A stretch of DNA of 64,000 bases from Gekko japonicus (Eukaryota), in assembly GCF_001447785.1 (NCBI RefSeq), contig NW_015167073.1, positions 370,692 through 434,691 on the forward strand, in the 5' to 3' direction. Position numbers and translations under genes: made by a program. Each line of letters opens with the position of its first letter. Positions within the stretch are counted from its first letter, which is position 1. The notes under the pieces were generated by a model. That model saw nothing but the letters and a program-made list of their open reading frames with translations. It was not told the DNA's origin and did not search any database. Below are positions 11,416 to 23,200 of the stretch, piece by piece.

Positions 11416-11459
11416 CTCTTCTCCCTCTCTCTTTTTTTTTGGGGGGGGGGGTTTATTTG

Positions 11460-11750
11460 CAGGGCAATTTTTGGGTAGGAACGCACAGGAACGGAGTTCC
11501 AGCTGGCTTCAGTGTTGGCCACGCCCACTGCAGCCAAAACCTCTGCATGCATGGCAACTCCCCCCAGCAACTCCGAGGCGGGCAGGCCAGGGCCCCCCTG
11601 GAAGGATCGGGGAGGCATTTAAATGCCTCCCCGTGCCTTCCCTGGCCTGTCCAAGGATTGGCTTGCCTGCGCAAGCCAAGGGATGACATGGGGGTGTGGC
11701 CTATTATGCTAATGAGTTCCTCCTGGACTTTTTCTACTTAAAAAGCCCTG
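11460..11750. mobile_element. hAT-type MITE, family C
   Basis: Termini CAGGGC...aaaagccctg; ends shared with 24261-24653 and 43890-44290. Confidence 0.7.
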
Positions 11751-11764
11751 GGTATTTGTCTGTG

Positions 11765-11980
11765 TGCATGTGTGCGCGCGCACATGTGTGCCTAAAAGTC
11801 ATGGTTCTGGTGACCCCTAGTGGGGCTTGGATATTAGAGAAGTAGCTTGCCATTGTCTGCCTCCGCATTCTGGCCCTGGTATTCCATGGAGGTCTCCCAT
11901 CCAAGTACTTGGTAGGGTTGGCCCCACTTGTCTTCCAAGATCTGACGAGATCAGGCTTTCCTGGGCTATCCAGGCCGGGG
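11765..11980 (-). mobile_element. 5S-derived SINE
   Basis: ggtctcccatccaagtact...agatctgacgagatcaggc is the reverse complement of the 5S-like head. Confidence 0.75.
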
Positions 11981-12326
11981 CTGCGTCTATCTCATTTTTA
12001 TTCTCAGTTGTGAAGGCGTTTGGCCTTCCTGCGCTTCTGAACACACTTTGAATTTTGAGGACGGAGAGCGGTTGTCAGACAGTCACCACACAATTGCCCA
12101 TCAAAGCGAGTTGCTCGGCATCATGGAGAGGACTAGCAAGTTAAGGGTTATGAGTAAATTAAAGACGAATCCAAGGGATCCAACAGGCATGGAAAGCCTA
12201 TCTATAATGATCAAGAGAGCTGTCCATCCATCTGTGACAAGCGTAACGCCTCCAAAAATAAAGTTGTGCGCGTCAAAACTTGCTGCTGGTTCCAGGTGTC
12301 AAATGTGAAAGGGATCAGAACATTCT

Positions 12327-12889
12327 GGGCTTGACTCCTTCCCTGCAGATGTTTTTAGAAAGTGTCGTCTTAAATTCGGCTGATAGAAAAGAGCTTGAAC
12401 CTGACCTCAAGATCAAGAAGCCTGTGAGATGCCACTGGGCCCCGAGGATGAGACCAAGAAGGAAGAGGCTTAAGATTGGCAGTGCTATCCCATTGGAGAC
12501 GGAGGAGGGTTGCAGAATTTCAAGTGAACGTCTAAGAAGCCATCAAGACTTTAGAGAGCTTAGATGTAAAGGCGGAAGGACTCTGAAAATTGCCCTTACG
12601 AAGAGAGCTGGAGGAGATGCTCTGAAAACCTTCTCATAATAAGTAATAAACGAACACATAAGCTTAGAAAGACAGGATCTCACAAAGTATATTGTTTATT
12701 AACAGGTTTTTTTTTCATTACTAACTGCAGTTTAACAGGGTAATGATCTCCTACTCTTGGGTTTTTAGTTTAGTGTGGGTTACTTTTCTTTCTCCTTAGT
12801 TGTAGTTCCCCTTCCCTTCTTTTCTTTTGTAGTTTATGTAGTATTATAAAAAATAAAACAAATCCCCTATGGGGGTCTTTAAAAAAAAG
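12327..12889 (+). mobile_element. Poly(A)-tailed retroposed insert of unknown family
   Basis: TSD agaacattct; AATAAA, short hairpin (cccctatggggg), A-tail. Confidence 0.6.
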
Positions 12890-13610
12890 AGAACATTCTT
12901 GGCTACACAGTCCCTAAAAATCCCGAACCCCATTGTGTGTGTGTGTGTGTGTGTGTTTTCCCAATGGAAGCTATGGTTGTCTCTGACAGGCATAACTCAT
13001 CCAAAAATAAAGCTAGGAGCCTCAAGATTGGCCACTGGCTTTTGGATGATTTGGCAGTTCCAGCGGCAAATACGAAAGGAATTGGAATAGCCTGTCCCAT
13101 GCAATCCGCCACCACTCACAGTTTTGCAGTAGGAACTATGTGGCAGACAGAACTCATCTGAGAATACAGCTGGGGGGGATACAAAACTAAGCACCCATTT
13201 CAGACAATGGTGGCTCTGGCAGTGCCCAGAATCAAGGGGATTGTATCTCCCTGGCACAGATTTCCACCCCAACCACCCTCTGTTATTTCAGTGGAAGAAA
13301 AGGTTTGCTCACAGAAGCCAGCAAGAGCAGTCGGCACAAGCAGGGAGAGTGGGAAATATTCCCTCTCTGACAAAGCAAAGGGGATTTAACTGTTTGCCTG
13401 ACCTTTCAGAGCCTGTCTAGTACAGTGGTCAGAATGATGGAGGAAGGTCAAGGAGATCTAGATTCAACTCCCCCCCCCCCTTTCATTTAACGTTTCTGGC
13501 TGAATTTGGGCCAGTCAGACCTTTCAGATGGACCCCACCCTCATAGAGCTGTTGTGAGTGCAAAATGGAGAAGAGGAGAACTGCGAGAGGGTAGGGAGAC
13601 ACAGATGGCT

Positions 13611-13962
13611 TAAAGGTAAAGGTAAAGGTTTCCCTTGCTCGAAAGCCAGTCGAATCCGACTCTAGGGTTGCGGTGCTCATCTCCGTTTCAAAGCCAAAGA
13701 GCCAGCGCTGTCCGAAGACGTTTCCGTGGTCATGTGGCCGGCATGACTAAACACCAAGGCACACGGAACGCTGTTACCTTCCCACCGAAGTGGTACCTAT
13801 TTATCTACTTGCAATTTCTTGCTTTCGAACTGCTAGGTTGGCAGGAGCTGGAACTAGAGACGGCAGCTCACTCCGTCATGCAGCACAGTAAGGTCTCGAA
13901 CTGCTGAACTACTGACCTTCCACAGCCTGCAGTTCAGTGTCTTAACCACTTTAGCCACCGCA
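13611..13962 (-). mobile_element. Sauria SINE, full length
   Basis: (ACCTTT)n tail and tRNA-like head gcggtggctaaagtggttaag. Confidence 0.88.
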
Positions 13963-14099
13963 GAAGGCTCAGGGGTGGCCATTTGTCCATCGTGCTCTCA
14001 AACTGTTCTTGCAGCAGGAACCAGATGGAGGCCACCAGGTGTAGCTGTAACACTGTTTAATTCACAGTCCAATTCGGTTTACCGTCAGAATCTTCCAGC

Positions 14100-16360
14100 T
14101 AGCACTTACCAACCTGCTCAGCTTCCTGCAATCCGCTCTAAGGTTTTAGAAGGAAAATATAGAAAGATGCCATGTGAAGACAGGTGCTGCCCACGTGCCT
14201 TGGGAGAAGTGGAATCGATGTTCCACATGTTCTTTCGCTGCCCTTTTCATCAGGTTTATAAGGATAAGCTTATCGCCCCCCTCTTGGATAGACCAGCGCT
14301 TGATGCAGAGAGTGCCGATCTAGAGAGGCTTTTTTTTTTTTGTAATATTTTATTTTGGTTTTTAAGTCATATACAGATCACACAATAAATACATTGGATA
14401 TTGCATCATTTTTGGAGTGTCTTATCTGTAGATATCTAACCATCTATCTAGTTTCTGCCATCTATTTTTGAACACAGTGTCAAGTTTTCCTGCAAGTAGC
14501 ATATTTACTTTGTCCATTTCCTTTAGATCTATAATTTTTATAATTAATTCTTCTCTACTTGGCAATCTGTCAGACTTCCAGCATTTGGCTACAGCTATCC
14601 TGGCATTTGTGAGAATGTATAATATCAGACATGCATCATTATATTTTATCCTTTCTGGCAAGATATTTAGCAAGTATATTTCTGGTTTCAACGGTAGATC
14701 AATTTCTAGTATATCTAAGATGGTTTGTTTTATACTTTTCCAGAATTTTACCACTCTTTCACATCTCCACCAAATGTGAAAATAGGAGCCAACATTTCGC
14801 TCACATCTCCAGCAATTTCCGGATACGTTTTTATAACATTTTAATGCTTTATCTGGCGTCCAGTGCCATCTGTGAAACATTTTGAAGATGTTTTCTTTAT
14901 AAGCAGTGGCTCTTAGTATCTTCATTGAATTCCACATTTTTGACCAATTTACCTCAGTTATGGAATTTCCTATATCTTTCTCCCAGGCCTTCATACAGGG
15001 TTTTATTTGTTCTGTTTGCATCTCATCATTTAAGAGGAAGTTATATAGTTTTTGTATTAACTTATTTGCGGAGGGTAGCCAAATTTTATCGAGACTCGTA
15101 TATGTTGTGGTAAAGCCTTTTATCTTATCTTTCGCAAATCTTGATTTTAATTGTAATTTCTCCCAGGCTGATAGATTGATGTTCAATGTCTGTAAAGCTT
15201 CAAAGTTTTTCAGCTCGTTTTCTTTAGTGAGTAGTATTTCGTAGCTGGCGATCTTATTGTCCGTCATTAAGTTTGGTAATATGAAGGCTTCCAGAGGGGA
15301 CACCCATTTCGGTATTTTATTGTAAAATTTCTTTTTTATCGGCCTCCATATCCTTGTTAAAGAATCTCTTAGGATGTGCCTGTGGAAATGTTTTTGTCTT
15401 TCCTTTTCATCGTACCACACATAGGTGTGCCAACCCATGTGTAGGTCAAAGCCTTCCAATTTTAATGTTCTTCTGTCTTCTAATAAAACCCATTCACATA
15501 TCCAACTCATTGCTGCTGCTCTGTAGTAGAGTTTCCAATTTGGTACACCTAAACCGCCTCGCTCTTTTTTTTCCTGTAACGATTTAAGTCTTATTCTGGC
15601 TCTCTTCGCTTGCCATATAAATTTTCTCGTGATTTTATCTAGTTCTTCGCATATTTTTTCATTTTTTAATATCGGAATTGTTTGGGCCAGGAACAAGAAT
15701 CTCGGTAAGATATTCATTTTTACAGTGGCCGTTCTGCCAATCAATGATATGTGGAGATCCTGCCATTTTTCCAAGTCTTTTTTAATTTCTTGTAGCAGTG
15801 GTTTATAATTATTTTCATACAGATGTAAGTTATTACTTGTCATATTAATGCCTAGATATTTGACTTTATTTGTTATTTCCATTTTGCTAATTGTTTGGAG
15901 CTTATTTATTTCTTCTTTGGAACAGTTTTTTGTTAGGATTTTAGTTTTCTTCACATTAATCTTTAGACCTGCCAAGCTGCCATATTCCTGAATTTGGGAC
16001 ATTAGGTGTGTTATTGATATTATAGGATCCTCCAAGATAAAGACTAGACCGATCTAGAGAGGCTTTTGATAGAGGAGAATCAGCAGATCTCCAGGCAAAT
16101 AGCAAAATTCTGCCGGCAACTGGTAAAATCTCACAATAAGAAGCAGATCAAGTAGAATCCTCATTTACCTTTGCATGACTCATAAGTCGTTTCGTTTTAA
16201 ACATAATTATCTTGATATACTGGACCTTTAAACATTTCTCCTTTTAACATTTTAATGATGTTAAGGTTATGTGTTTATTTTTGGAGCTGAAAGCTAATTT
16301 GCTTGTCTCGAATGAATATGTAATATTTTGATAAATGGTCTGACCGCAAATAAATATCAT
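14100..16360 (+). mobile_element. RTE-X-like 3' fragment split by the L1 insertion
   Basis: SKVLEGKYRKMPCEDRCCP...ESMFHMFFRC; resumes after 16049. Confidence 0.6.
14331..16048 (-). mobile_element. L1-clade LINE, 5'-truncated, with a 537-aa uninterrupted ORF2 C-terminal part
   Basis: GLKINVKKTK, KYLGI, GGLGVPN, CWRC...HIWWRC; poly(A); 19-bp TSD ccgatctagagaggctttt at 14315 and 16049. Confidence 0.92.
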
Positions 16361-16960
16361 TGAGTCAGCTTTCTGCAGCCTTCTCCACAACCCCCTCCTG
16401 TCTCACTGAATGCCTCTTTTATATGCTTAGCTCCAACCTCAGGCCAAAATTGTCTTCCATCATGATAACCTCACCCAATTCTCCCAGGTCAGGTCTTCTA
16501 TTCCTCCCATCACCCCCCGAGGATCCTTGCCAGCAGCTTTTTTCTAATGGGCTTCCTGGCTGACAAGTTCCACTGGTTCCAGGGCCCAGGCTAACTCTTT
16601 TGGCTCTCTTGCTGATAAAGGTGGTCCCTACTCGTGAGTTTCCATCTGGAGTTGCAGTGGTGTCCCTTCTGACCCCTTCCTCCCATGTTGGCCTGTTGGG
16701 AACCTCCCTGCCATGAGAACCACATCAGCTGTTGTTTTCCCACTGGGGAGAATGGAGGGGTATAACGTTTGTTATAAATCAAATTTTGGCTAAAATTTGC
16801 AAAAAAAAAAAAAGGTGATGATTAATCTTTCTGTTGATTCATCTGGTGTTGCTGCAACTTTTATGGCAGGGTACAAAATTGCTCATTCAGAATGCAAACT
16901 ACTTTGAATGTTGCTTTGGAACACACAGGGATTTTGAGTGGTTTTAAAGGGTGAAAAGGA

Positions 16961-17389
16961 GCTGCGGTGGCTCAAGTGGTTAAGACGCTGAACTGCAGGC
17001 TGTGGAAGGTCAGTAGTTCAGCAGTTCAAGACCCAGGTGCCGCATGATGGAGTGAGCTCCCGTCTCTAGTTCCAGCTCCTGCCAACCTAGCAGTTCGAAA
17101 GCAAGAAATTGCAAGTAGATAAATAGGTACCACTTCGGTGGGAAGATAACAGCGTTCCGTGCGCCTTGGTGTTTAGTCATGCCAGCCACACGGAACGCTG
17201 TTACCTTCCCACCGAAGTGGTACCTATTTATCTACTTGCAATTTCTTGCTTTCGAACCGCTAGGTTGGCAGGAGCTGGAATGAGAGACGGGAGCTCACTC
17301 CGTCATGCGGCACCCGGGTCTCGAACTGCTGAACTACCCACCTTCCACAGCCTGCAGTTCAGCATCTTAACCACTTGAGCCACCACAGC
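16961..17389. mobile_element. Fused inverted pair of tail-less Sauria SINEs (200-bp arms, 29-bp spacer)
   Basis: 16961-17160 is the reverse complement of 17190-17389 with scattered mismatches. Confidence 0.9.
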
Positions 17390-17533
17390 AGGTATCATAA
17401 AGACCGCTAAATGTGTTTTATAGCTGAGCAAAAATTAAATCACCACTGTCCAAACTGAACATTTGGCTGAAACGAGGAAAGTGGCTGGCAGGTCCTAAGC
17501 AATTCCTGGCCTGATGAAGCAAGACAGCACTGC

Positions 17534-18478
17534 TCAGTTCTTTTGTCCCAACCCTGGTCTTCTCAATACCTTGACCACTGCCCTGTGGATCTCTTTGTTC
17601 CGCAAGCTATAAATGATGGGATTGAGCATGGGTGTCACCACTATGTAAAGGATGGCGGTTTGCTTGTCACGATCAATAACTGCATCCACACCAGGTCGCA
17701 CGTACATAAAGATGAGGGTACTGTAGAAGAGGGTGACCACCACCAGATGGGAGGTACAAGTGGAAAGTGCCTTTCTCCATCCAACCCTTGATGGCATCCA
17801 AAACACAGAGTAGAGAATAAGACCATAGGAGGTTAGGATAACAAAAAAGGGACCCACAAGGATCAACGTAGACACCATTAAAATAATGGGCTCTGTGTAG
17901 CGGGCTTCTTTACACGTATATTTAAACACAACTGGCTGCTCACAGAAGAAGTGGTTGATGCGGTTGCTCCCGCAAAAGGGGAGGGAAATAGTGCCGGTCA
18001 CATTGAGTGAAGCGAGGAGAAACCCAGCTGCCCAGGAAGATGAGGTGAGCTGCCATTGGCGTTTCCTGCTCATAACGGCTGCATATGCCAGGGGGTTGTA
18101 AATGGCCAAACAGCGGTCATAGGCCATGGCACCTAGAAGAAGGTATTCGGTGCATCCCAGGCATGTAGTCGCATACATCTGGGCTGCACACCGGGTGAAG
18201 GAGATAGCCCCATTTCCAGTTATCAGGTGAGCCAGCATCTGCGGCATGGTGGTCGTGACAAAACAGATCTCAAGACCAGAAAGATGGGTGAGGAAGAAGT
18301 ACATGGGTCGGTGGAGGCATGGGTCGGCCCGCACAAGTATTATGATCAGCAGGTTCACCACAATAGTAGCCAAGTACATAAGGAAGAACACCACAAAGAG
18401 CAGAATCTGAGTCTTGCGACGGCTGGAGAGACCCATCAAGATGAACTCTGTTACAAAGGTGGTGTTCTCAGGCCTCAT
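17534..18478 (-). CDS. Olfactory receptor, class II, OR2D-like (OR-2), 314 aa
   Basis: MRPENTT, LHRPMYFFL, MAYDRCLAIYNPL, HFFCE, KALSTCTSHL, PMLNPIIYSLRNKE; acceptor ttcattctctctgcAG at 18492-18493. Confidence 0.95.
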   Translation of the reverse strand: MRPENTTFVTEFILMGLSSRRKTQILLFVVFFLMYLATIVVNLLIIILVRADPCLHRPMYFFLTHLSGLEICFVTTTMPQMLAHLITGNGAISFTRCAAQMYATTCLGCTEYLLLGAMAYDRCLAIYNPLAYAAVMSRKRQWQLTSSSWAAGFLLASLNVTGTISLPFCGSNRINHFFCEQPVVFKYTCKEARYTEPIILMVSTLILVGPFFVILTSYGLILYSVFWMPSRVGWRKALSTCTSHLVVVTLFYSTLIFMYVRPGVDAVIDRDKQTAILYIVVTPMLNPIIYSLRNKEIHRAVVKVLRRPGLGQKN

Positions 18479-18557
18479 CCTGGCCTCTTGGCTGCAGAGA
18501 GAATGAAATAGTTAGACTCTCCACTGCAACCTTACAACACACTAAGGTAAACCCCAA

Positions 18558-18902
18558 AAGGTAAAGGTTCCCTTGCTCGAAAGCCAGTCGAGTCCGACTC
18601 TAGGGTTGCGGTGCTCATCTCCGTTTCAAAGCCGAAGAGCCAGCGCTGTCCAAAGACATTTCCGTGGTCATGTGGCCGGCATGACTAGATGCCGAGGCGC
18701 ACAGAACACTGTTCCCTTCCCACTGAAGTGGTACCTATTTATCTACTTGCAATTTCTTGCTTTCGAACTGCTAGGTTGGCAGGAGCTGGGGCCAGAGACG
18801 GGAGCTCACTCCATCATGCGGCACACTTGGGTCTCGAACTACTGAACAACCGACCTTCCACAGCCTGCAGTTCAGCATCTTAACAACTTGAGCCACCGCG
18901 GC
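18558..18902 (-). mobile_element. Sauria SINE, full length
   Basis: Same family as 13611; flanked by accccaaaa on both sides. Confidence 0.88.
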
Positions 18903-18931
18903 ACCCCAAAACAACCTGTCAAATTCACCAT

Positions 18932-19820
18932 TAGGGGTGTGCACAAAAATAATAATTTAAAAATTATGTTTTCAGATTTGGGTATGTTTGACCCCAAAAA
19001 TATGAGTATTCCTGTTATTCCCAAATTCTAATACTGGTATGGTATTTGGGTTTGTGACTTTTTGTGAAATCCCGATGTTTTTCAACTCCATTATACCCCA
19101 CAGGGACCATTTTAGTCAATGCAGAATCAATCTGGGGGTATCCTGGGGGGTCTGGGAGACTGTGTTTTGAGGTAGAGACACCAAATTTGCCTCATAGCTG
19201 TTGGTGTCTCTTCTCAGATGAACCACCAAGTTTCAAAAATATTGGACCAAGGGGTCCAATTCTATGGGCCCCCAAAGAAGGTGCCTCATCCTCCATTGTT
19301 TCCAATGGAGGGGGAAATAGCAAAAAAAGCAAGGGTAATAGAAGACCAGCAAAACAGAATCAAAGTCTCAGAGAATCTCTGCATTAGAAACTGGGGGGGG
19401 GGCATTTTTGCAAGCCCAGCAGAACTAGTGCAATGTACAGAGTGCCCAGCAGAACCCAGTGTCATTGTGGCAATGCCAGTGAAACAGAACTGATATCAAG
19501 CACAGAATCACAATCCAAACAATGGGAGAGGGATTACAAACCCAGCAGAACCAGCTGAATGTAGTGCCTAGCCAGCAAAACCCAGTGCCACTGTGGCAAT
19601 GCCAGCTCTACAATGAATCCAAGCACGGGAGGGGAGCTGCAAGCCCAGCAGAACCAGTGCAATCTACAGTTCCCAGCAGAAACCAGTGTGAGCTCAACAG
19701 GACTAATGTCAAGCACAGAATCACAATCCAGGCGTGGGAGGGAGGTTGGAAGCCCAGCAGAACCCAGTGCCATTATGACAATTCCATAATGAAGCGGAAT
19801 CACAGCCAATATAACATGTA
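18932..19820. mobile_element. Old non-autonomous DNA transposon with degenerate internal tandem repeats
   Basis: Terminus TAGGGGTGTGCAC (related to tgtgcccatcccta at 59870); repeated gcccagcagaacc(c)agtg units at 19410-19770. Confidence 0.5.
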
Positions 19821-20518
19821 AAGTGAGAACAAGAAACTGATATACAAACTAATAAAGAATGTAAAACAAAAGTCACAGAAAAACCAAAAGTGTTATTTTT
19901 TCTTATAATTAGAAAATATTTAAAGTGCTAAATACAAAAATAGTTTTAGGTAGAAAGAATTGTGTACAATTCATAATTACCAAATAACATAAGAGAGACC
20001 AATTCATAATGAATATGGAATAAATTCCAGTGAATGGTACTATTCTCATGATGGATAAAGTCCTATAATCCAAACATAAATATTTTTATGAAGAGTCCAA
20101 TCCAAGTGCTCTGCAGGCAACCAGATGAGTAGGGACGGGATATCTAGATTACATCGTAGCTCATTTCAAGTAGTAGAACTTTTCTTCAGCCAAAAATCCA
20201 AGATGGATTGATGTATAAAATTAGGGGTGTTACCCCTCCTTATACAAAATCGATTTTATGTCACAAGAAATCTTACAGGGTCACCATGAAGAATACTGGG
20301 ACACAAAGGACATATTTTTCTCTAGTTATAGGTAAACCTGCAAGCTTAAAAGAACTGATCTCAAAGCAGAGTCATAACAAATCCAAGCCCGGGGGGGGGG
20401 GGGTTGTAAGCTCTGTNNNNNNNNNNNNNNNNNNNNNNNNNGGGAGCACAAAAGGATATGGGCGGGGGGGGGGTCAGTCTCTTGAAACTGGCAAGGCTAG
20501 TTTGAAACTGACAAGAAT

Positions 20519-20730
20519 CTAGCTGTTGTAGATTTTCTGGGTTGTATGGCCGTGGTTTTGGCATTGTGGGACCTGATGTTTCACCAGTAAGACATCTTTC
20601 TGTGCAATACCTCTGAGGATGCCAGTCACAGCAACTGGCAGAGCGTCAGGTCCTACAATGCCAAGACCACAGCCATACAGCTCAGGAAATCTACAACAGC
20701 TAATGAACTCCGGCCCTGAAAGCCTTTGAC
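20519..20730. mobile_element. Penelope-like inverted terminal fragment (palindrome)
   Basis: tagctgttgtagattt...ggacctga pairs with tcaggtcc...aaatctacaacagcta; contains a hammerhead-like relic. Confidence 0.65.
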
Positions 20731-21084
20731 GACATAGTGACAAGAATCTATTTTTTTGTTTGTTCCTTTTATTTGAAAGTGCTATACAAAAGCAGTCATG
20801 ACCCGAGGAACTCAGTTTTAAGATAAGGGAAAAAGAACACAAACTGAGCTTTTGTTAGCATGGATAGTTAAATTGTCCAGTGTGTGAATGGTGTGGAGAA
20901 TACAAATTAAACACTTCCATGAAGAGCAAAGGGCAGGAAAATGGCCAGGTTGGGGAGAGTTTCTAAAGCTCTTGCAATATGATTGCTTTCAGTAGATATT
21001 TGTTTTCTCGAGTGCTTATTGATGAGGAAGTATGTTACGGGATCGAGACATAGTTCTGCACAAGTTGAATGTGTTCTGTATATA

Positions 21085-21260
21085 TGTGCTGTTAAGTTGT
21101 GAGCAACTTATGGCGACCCCAGCAAGGGGCTTTCAAGGGAAGTGAAAAGCAGCGGTCGTTTGCCACTGCCTTCCTCGGCAGAGTCTTCCTTGGCGGTCCC
21201 CCATCCAAGTACGGACCCTGCGTTGCTTCTGAGATCCAATGAGACTCGGCTATACCATAC
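21085..21260 (-). mobile_element. 5S-derived SINE, short variant
   Basis: cccatccaagtac...gcttctgagatc; RTE-like tail. Confidence 0.6.
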
Positions 21261-21859
21261 CATTCCAGTTCCCCTGAATTAGTTACTAGAATATTATTTT
21301 AGAACGAACCATTTAAAAATTGGACACTGCAAGAGTGCAAGTTGGGATTTTCCCCCCCTCCCTCCTCCCAAGAACGTCTGAAGTATTTTCACCCTGGGAG
21401 AATTTTAAAGAAAAGTTAACTCCCCCCCCCATTTTAGCATTAGTGTTTATGTGCTACAGACCAACAACTGCAGTCTCCAACCCACCTTATGAAACAGAGC
21501 CTTACCTTTGTACTCCCCCTTGGCAGTCTTCAACAACCAAGATTTTTGTTTTTTAAAAAAGGTCTATGTTAATACATAAAAAAGTCGGCTAAGTCTCAGC
21601 TTTCTTACGCAACATACTGAAAATGGATTTAGAAGTTCCCTGGACCATCCACAACTTTATGGGGAGACGTGCACCATCTCTACCGAGCACTGCTGATGGG
21701 AGTGTTGGATCACCACTCTGTGGTGCAATTGTGCCTGTGGCAGGATCTCGGAGCCAAATAGGCAGAGGCTCAGCACAGGAGCAGAAAGCGTCTAGAATTT
21801 TCTAGCTTACCATGGCAAGAAGCATTGCACATTAATATGGATGCAGAACTGCAGCATAA

Positions 21860-22095
21860 AAAGGTAAAGGTAAAGGTTCCCTTGCTCGAAAGCCAGTCGA
21901 GTCTGACTCTAGGGTTGCGGTGCTCATCTCCATTTCAAAGCCGAAGAGCCAGCGCTGTCCGAAGACATTTCCGTGGTCCTGTGGCTGGCATGACTAAACA
22001 CCTTCCCACCGAAGTGGTACCTATTTATCTACTTGCAATTTCTTGCTTTTGAACTGCTAGGTTGGCAGGAGCTGGAACTAGAGATGGGAGCTCAC
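21860..22095 (-). mobile_element. Sauria SINE, 5'-truncated with an internal deletion
   Basis: (AAAGGT)n on + strand; flanked by a 28-bp direct repeat. Confidence 0.85.
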
Positions 22096-22504
22096 AATCA
22101 ATCACAAATCACAAATTAATATGGATGCAGAACTGCAGCATACAGATACCTACATCATTATTTAACATCTTAGAAATGTGCTCCATAGCTTGCTGTTGGT
22201 GATCATTAGACTCTCCATTAGAAGGAAATTGGAAGGAAATCGGGACGCCCAATTTTCCCAAGCACCTATAAGACCGTAAGAGTTGCATTGTGCAATGATA
22301 AGAGTCACATTGTGCAGCAGATGATAAATCTGTGCAAGCAGTATTGCCCTTGACGGGCTGCAGCTCTCTGGGAGCTCAGGTGTGTGTCACTCCATGTCCT
22401 TTTCACTGAGCTCCTTCCACCAGAACGACCAGAGATTCTTTAATCTTCTGACCATATGCTCTAGCTCACCAAGCCCATGTTCTTCAGCCTCCTTGACAGA
22501 TGTT

Positions 22505-22765
22505 TCTCCAACCAATTTTAAAGCTGCACAAAGTGGTGGTCAATATAGCCTAACTATTTTCTGTGTTTGATGATGGAGAGGCAGCTTTTCCTCCTTATGA
22601 TGTTAAAGGCATGAGGGTTTGGGAAGGTAATAAGAACTATGGAACTCCTTCACAGGAACTGGTTTGATCCCTGTGGTACTTTCACTGCATTATTAACCTT
22701 TTCTCTTTTATGACTTCAGCATCTCATCGGGTCTCAAGAGTTTAATGACGTATGCAATATGGGGT
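22505..22765 (-). promoter_or_regulatory. Candidate OR promoter module, copy P2 (upstream of OR-2)
   Basis: Collinear matches to P3/P4: aaccaattt-aaag, gtggtggtcaatata, gtttgggaaggtaataagaactatg, tgatccct, ttcagc...gggtct, gcaatatg. Confidence 0.55.
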
Positions 22766-22994
22766 GTGTGTGTGTGTGTGTGTGTGTAAGAATCGGTGAA
22801 TTGTTCAAAGAAAGTAGTGGAGAAAACCATAAGGTGTGCCTCACCAAACTCTTTCCAACAATTGGTACGGTGTGGATTTTTCATTCAGACACTTCCTCTG
22901 CCTTAGCTTTCTTTCTGCGGTGAATCTCTTGACAGTGCGGAATAGGGAGATAAAAGGAAACATTAATTCTTATACATTTCATTTATATCACAAG

Positions 22995-23200
22995 CAATGC
23001 TCCCTCTAAGTTGTGGAGTCCTGTGAGCAAAAATTCCACTTTGTGAGCTACTGATGTTAAAGTTGCGAGCGAGCGGTTTGGCTACCGCATAAATCAGTTT
23101 GCTCTGTAGCCCTCCTTCCTGAGCTAAGACCAAAACCTGTGAGCTGGAGACTAAAAACCTGTGAGCTAGCTCACACAAACTCAGTTTAGGGGGAACACTG
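22995..23200. mobile_element. MITE family A
   Basis: TIRs; TSD atcacaag. Confidence 0.9.

Noticed and set aside
12232-13045. ~60-bp imperfect direct repeat (tccaaaaataaag core) at ~12232 and ~12982, with TCCAAGGGA and TAATGA nearby at 12170-12210
   Set aside because: Probably old transposon remnants; not collinear with the P1-P4 module and too little evidence for a regulatory call.
13635-13907. Recurrent 'MLESQSNPTLGLRCSSPF' ORFs that look like a small gene family
   Set aside because: Antisense translations of Sauria SINE copies from non-ATG starts.
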